DNA of 37,341 nt from a bacterium (GTDB lineage Bacteria; Zhuqueibacterota; Zhuqueibacteria; Oceanimicrobiales; Oceanimicrobiaceae): assembly GCA_046757025.1 (NCBI GenBank), contig JBHHXN010000035.1, forward strand, positions 1 through 37,341, written 5' to 3'. Position numbers and translations under genes: made by a program. Position 1 is the first letter of the stretch. Each line of letters starts with the position of its first letter. Positions 34,780 through 37,341 of the stretch are shown one piece after another. The notes beneath the pieces were generated by a model, which was not told the origin of the DNA, did not search any database, and was given only the letters and a program-made list of their open reading frames with translations.

Positions 34780-36647
34780 GCTGGGGTCAGCTGGTGTTCT
34801 CCACAAGTCCGCTCAGTGTTTACCTGGTCATCGGCCTTTCCCTGCTGCTTTTCGGGGCCATCGCCTATTTGATTTTCAAACAAGCCACCCGCCGACGATT
34901 TGCTTTGCAGACTGCCTTGCACTTGTTGGCAGGAGCCGCTTTAAGCATGATGGCGCTGCAGCCAGGCTGGCAAACACAGGATGCCCTGCGCCAGGTGGTG
35001 CTGATCACTCCCGGCGCGGAAGCGAGCGTAGTGCGGGCTTTTGCAGACACTGCGGACAGCAAGTTTGAGGTATTTTCTCTGGACAGCTCGCCTAACTGGC
35101 AAAAAATCTTCAAGCAAGTAAAGCCGCTGCCGGACGCCGCCTATATGAATCGCCATTTCAATGGCATTCACACGCTGCATGTTTTCGGTTACGGTTTGCA
35201 CCGCTACGAGTGGACGCAACTGAAGCTGTCCAAAATCCTGTTTCATCCCACCCCCCCGGCCGCGGGCGTCAAAAATATTCAGTGGCAACGTAATCGAAAA
35301 CAGGGACAGCCTTTGCAAATTCAAGGCACGCTCGCGGGATTGCCGGAGGAAGAGCTGATTTTGTACTTAGCCGATCCCGGCGGCGTGCTGGATTCCTTGA
35401 TATTTCACAATCAAAAAGAAACGACCTTTTCTTTTACCACCCTTCCCAAAAAGGCGGGCAAAGCACTTTACCAGTTGAGAGCGAAAACCAGCGCGAAGGA
35501 CCTCATCTTCTCAGAGCGCCTGGATGTCTTCGTGGAGGCCGCCGATATTTTGAAAATATTGATACTTCAAAGCGCCCCGACCTTTGAAATGAAACACCTG
35601 AAAAACTGGTTAACGGCCAATCAAAATGCCGTCGCCATTCGTTCCACCATCAGCCGCCAGCGTTACCGCTACGAGTTTATCAATCAACCCGAAATGGCCC
35701 TGGACAGAATATCAAAAACCCTGCTGGAAAATTTTGATTTGGTGATCGCCGACAGCCGCCATTTCAATCAACTCCTCGCTTCCGAACGCACGGCGATTAC
35801 AGAAGAGGTTACCCAACACGGACTGGGATTGCTGATTTTTCCTGACAACGATTTTTTAACTGAAAAGCGCACTCGTCGGGGACCATCTGATGTTTTTCAT
35901 ATTAAATTCAGGAAGTTCGAAGATCTCGACTACAGGCTGGTAAAACTCTCGCTGACCACACCGTTGGATAAGCAAACCACCCTTATTCAATCTCTGCCAT
36001 TTGAGATAGAAGCGCAGTGGGGAATGCAAGCTATTTTCCAGGACGAAATGAGTCGGATGGTGGCCGGCCGCAGTCAGCAGGGCAAAGGCGCCCTCGCCGT
36101 GACGTTGGTCACCAACTCTTTTAAATGGATTCTGGAAGGGAATGCGTCCTTTCATGCGGCCTACTGGTCGCAATTGTTGTCGGCTGTGGCGCGCAGGGAT
36201 GCCGACCGCGATATTTGGCGAATTATTCCGGAAGGGCCGGTTTTTACCAATCAACCGCTGGTACTGCAAATGTTTTCGAGCTCCGAAAAGCCCACCACCC
36301 GCATGGCGTCAACTTCGCAATCCCCTCAACAATTAGCCCTGCTGCAGGATAGAAATTTTCCCAGTCACTGGCAGGGTCGTTTCTGGCCGCGAAAATCGGG
36401 CTGGCACCGGGCAGAGAGCCAAGCCGGTCCGCCCTTCTGGTTTTTCGTCCACCGCCGTAGCTCGTGGCAAACTTATCAGCAGTGGCAGAAAATCGAGGAC
36501 ACCCGCCAAGCCGCTTTGCTCAGTCAGTTTCAGGCAGAGGAAAGCCCTACGCAGACTTACCCACGCCTTCGCAGATTGCCGGCCTCCTGGTTTTTTACCA
36601 TTTTTTTGTCGTGCATGGCGGTGCTGTGGTTCATTCGAAAATTATAG
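34776..36647 (+). CDS. Membrane-anchored hypothetical protein of the MoxR operon
   Basis: TTG start overlaps the previous stop (TTGA). Two N-terminal TMs, Ig-like region, PTFEMKHLKNWL, C-terminal TM. Confidence 0.8.
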   Translation: MSWGQLVFSTSPLSVYLVIGLSLLLFGAIAYLIFKQATRRRFALQTALHLLAGAALSMMALQPGWQTQDALRQVVLITPGAEASVVRAFADTADSKFEVFSLDSSPNWQKIFKQVKPLPDAAYMNRHFNGIHTLHVFGYGLHRYEWTQLKLSKILFHPTPPAAGVKNIQWQRNRKQGQPLQIQGTLAGLPEEELILYLADPGGVLDSLIFHNQKETTFSFTTLPKKAGKALYQLRAKTSAKDLIFSERLDVFVEAADILKILILQSAPTFEMKHLKNWLTANQNAVAIRSTISRQRYRYEFINQPEMALDRISKTLLENFDLVIADSRHFNQLLASERTAITEEVTQHGLGLLIFPDNDFLTEKRTRRGPSDVFHIKFRKFEDLDYRLVKLSLTTPLDKQTTLIQSLPFEIEAQWGMQAIFQDEMSRMVAGRSQQGKGALAVTLVTNSFKWILEGNASFHAAYWSQLLSAVARRDADRDIWRIIPEGPVFTNQPLVLQMFSSSEKPTTRMASTSQSPQQLALLQDRNFPSHWQGRFWPRKSGWHRAESQAGPPFWFFVHRRSSWQTYQQWQKIEDTRQAALLSQFQAEESPTQTYPRLRRLPASWFFTIFLSCMAVLWFIRKL

Positions 36648-36721
36648 ACGCAGATCAAGCTCGCGAATTCGTTTGTGTTATCTCACTAATGTATAGAATA
36701 GTTGGGTCGGAAAGCCGGACT

Positions 36722-37339
36722 TCAAGCGGTCATGGCGTAAACAATGATATTCACGCCAAATTTGGTGTTGTCTTCCACCAGCCAGCGTTTGTTGCGAAAA
36801 TCGTAATCCCATTCGCAGCCGTAATCTTTATTGCTGTAGAGCACGGCAATTCGGCCGTTCACTTCGATGGCTTTCAGGTAATCGTGCACGAGATCGTCGC
36901 CCCAGCCATTGAGCTCAAAGGACGTGGTGGGCGGGCCTTTGTCGAACTGAAAAAAGGCATGATAAAGAGCGTGATCATTGGGAATTTTTTTCAAGGCGCC
37001 GGCGCCGAAGATGTCATGCATTTGCGCTTCAAAGGATTTGGCAAACAGCGCATCGATGTCGTGATTGCAGTCATCCACAAAAACGAACCCGCCGTTGCAA
37101 ACGTACTTCTCGAAATGGTCGCGCTCCTTTTTGCTGAACTGCACCAGCTTGTGGCCGGTGAGATAGCAAAACGGCGATTCGAACAGCACGCGGTCTTTCA
37201 GCGGTACGATTTTCTCGCGGGTCTCCACTTCGACGGTGGTGTATTCGATGAGGGAATTGAGAAGATTGGAGGGCATGCGCTGATCCACATCCCAATCGCC
37301 GGAGTCGTATTGCAAGCGAGTAAAGACGAAATCGGCCTG
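36722..37339 (-). CDS. DUF4159 domain protein (5' end beyond the window)
   Basis: The frame is open to the window edge (QADFVFTRLQYDSGDWD...). YLTGH, NGGFVFVDDC, NKDYGCEW and FGVNIIVYA motifs. Confidence 0.9.
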   Translation of the reverse strand, partial: QADFVFTRLQYDSGDWDVDQRMPSNLLNSLIEYTTVEVETREKIVPLKDRVLFESPFCYLTGHKLVQFSKKERDHFEKYVCNGGFVFVDDCNHDIDALFAKSFEAQMHDIFGAGALKKIPNDHALYHAFFQFDKGPPTTSFELNGWGDDLVHDYLKAIEVNGRIAVLYSNKDYGCEWDYDFRNKRWLVEDNTKFGVNIIVYAMTA

Positions 37340-37341
37340 GC

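Overview
This is a 37.3 kb bacterial chromosome window. It combines a SusC/SusD pair and GWxTD-type proteins with Shine-Dalgarno use and TTGACT-N17-TATAAT-type promoters, which suggests a non-Bacteroidota FCB-group organism such as KSB1 or Calditrichota (inference only). From left to right it holds: a truncated initiator tRNA-Met; a receiver-only response regulator with a C-terminal membrane anchor; a minus-strand envelope block (Wzx-like flippase, GT-C glycosyltransferase, D-glucuronyl C5-epimerase-like protein, GT4, GDPD, M23 peptidase, rhomboid); an uncharacterised two-gene module; a GIY-YIG nuclease fused to a decayed DEDD-like domain; a PqqB-like lipoprotein; a DUF5658-like protein; two paralogous GWxTD-like proteins bracketing susCD, which has a candidate sigma-54 promoter; TauE and CE2-like genes; a MoxR-DUF58-BatA operon; and a convergent DUF4159 gene cut by the window end. 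The intergenic DNA carries three different MITE-like elements of 140-155 bp, each enclosing a REP-like hairpin, plus dispersed palindromic repeats and small ORFs with strong SD sequences. No CRISPR array, rRNA or transposase was seen. All family calls come from motif recognition by eye, not database searches.
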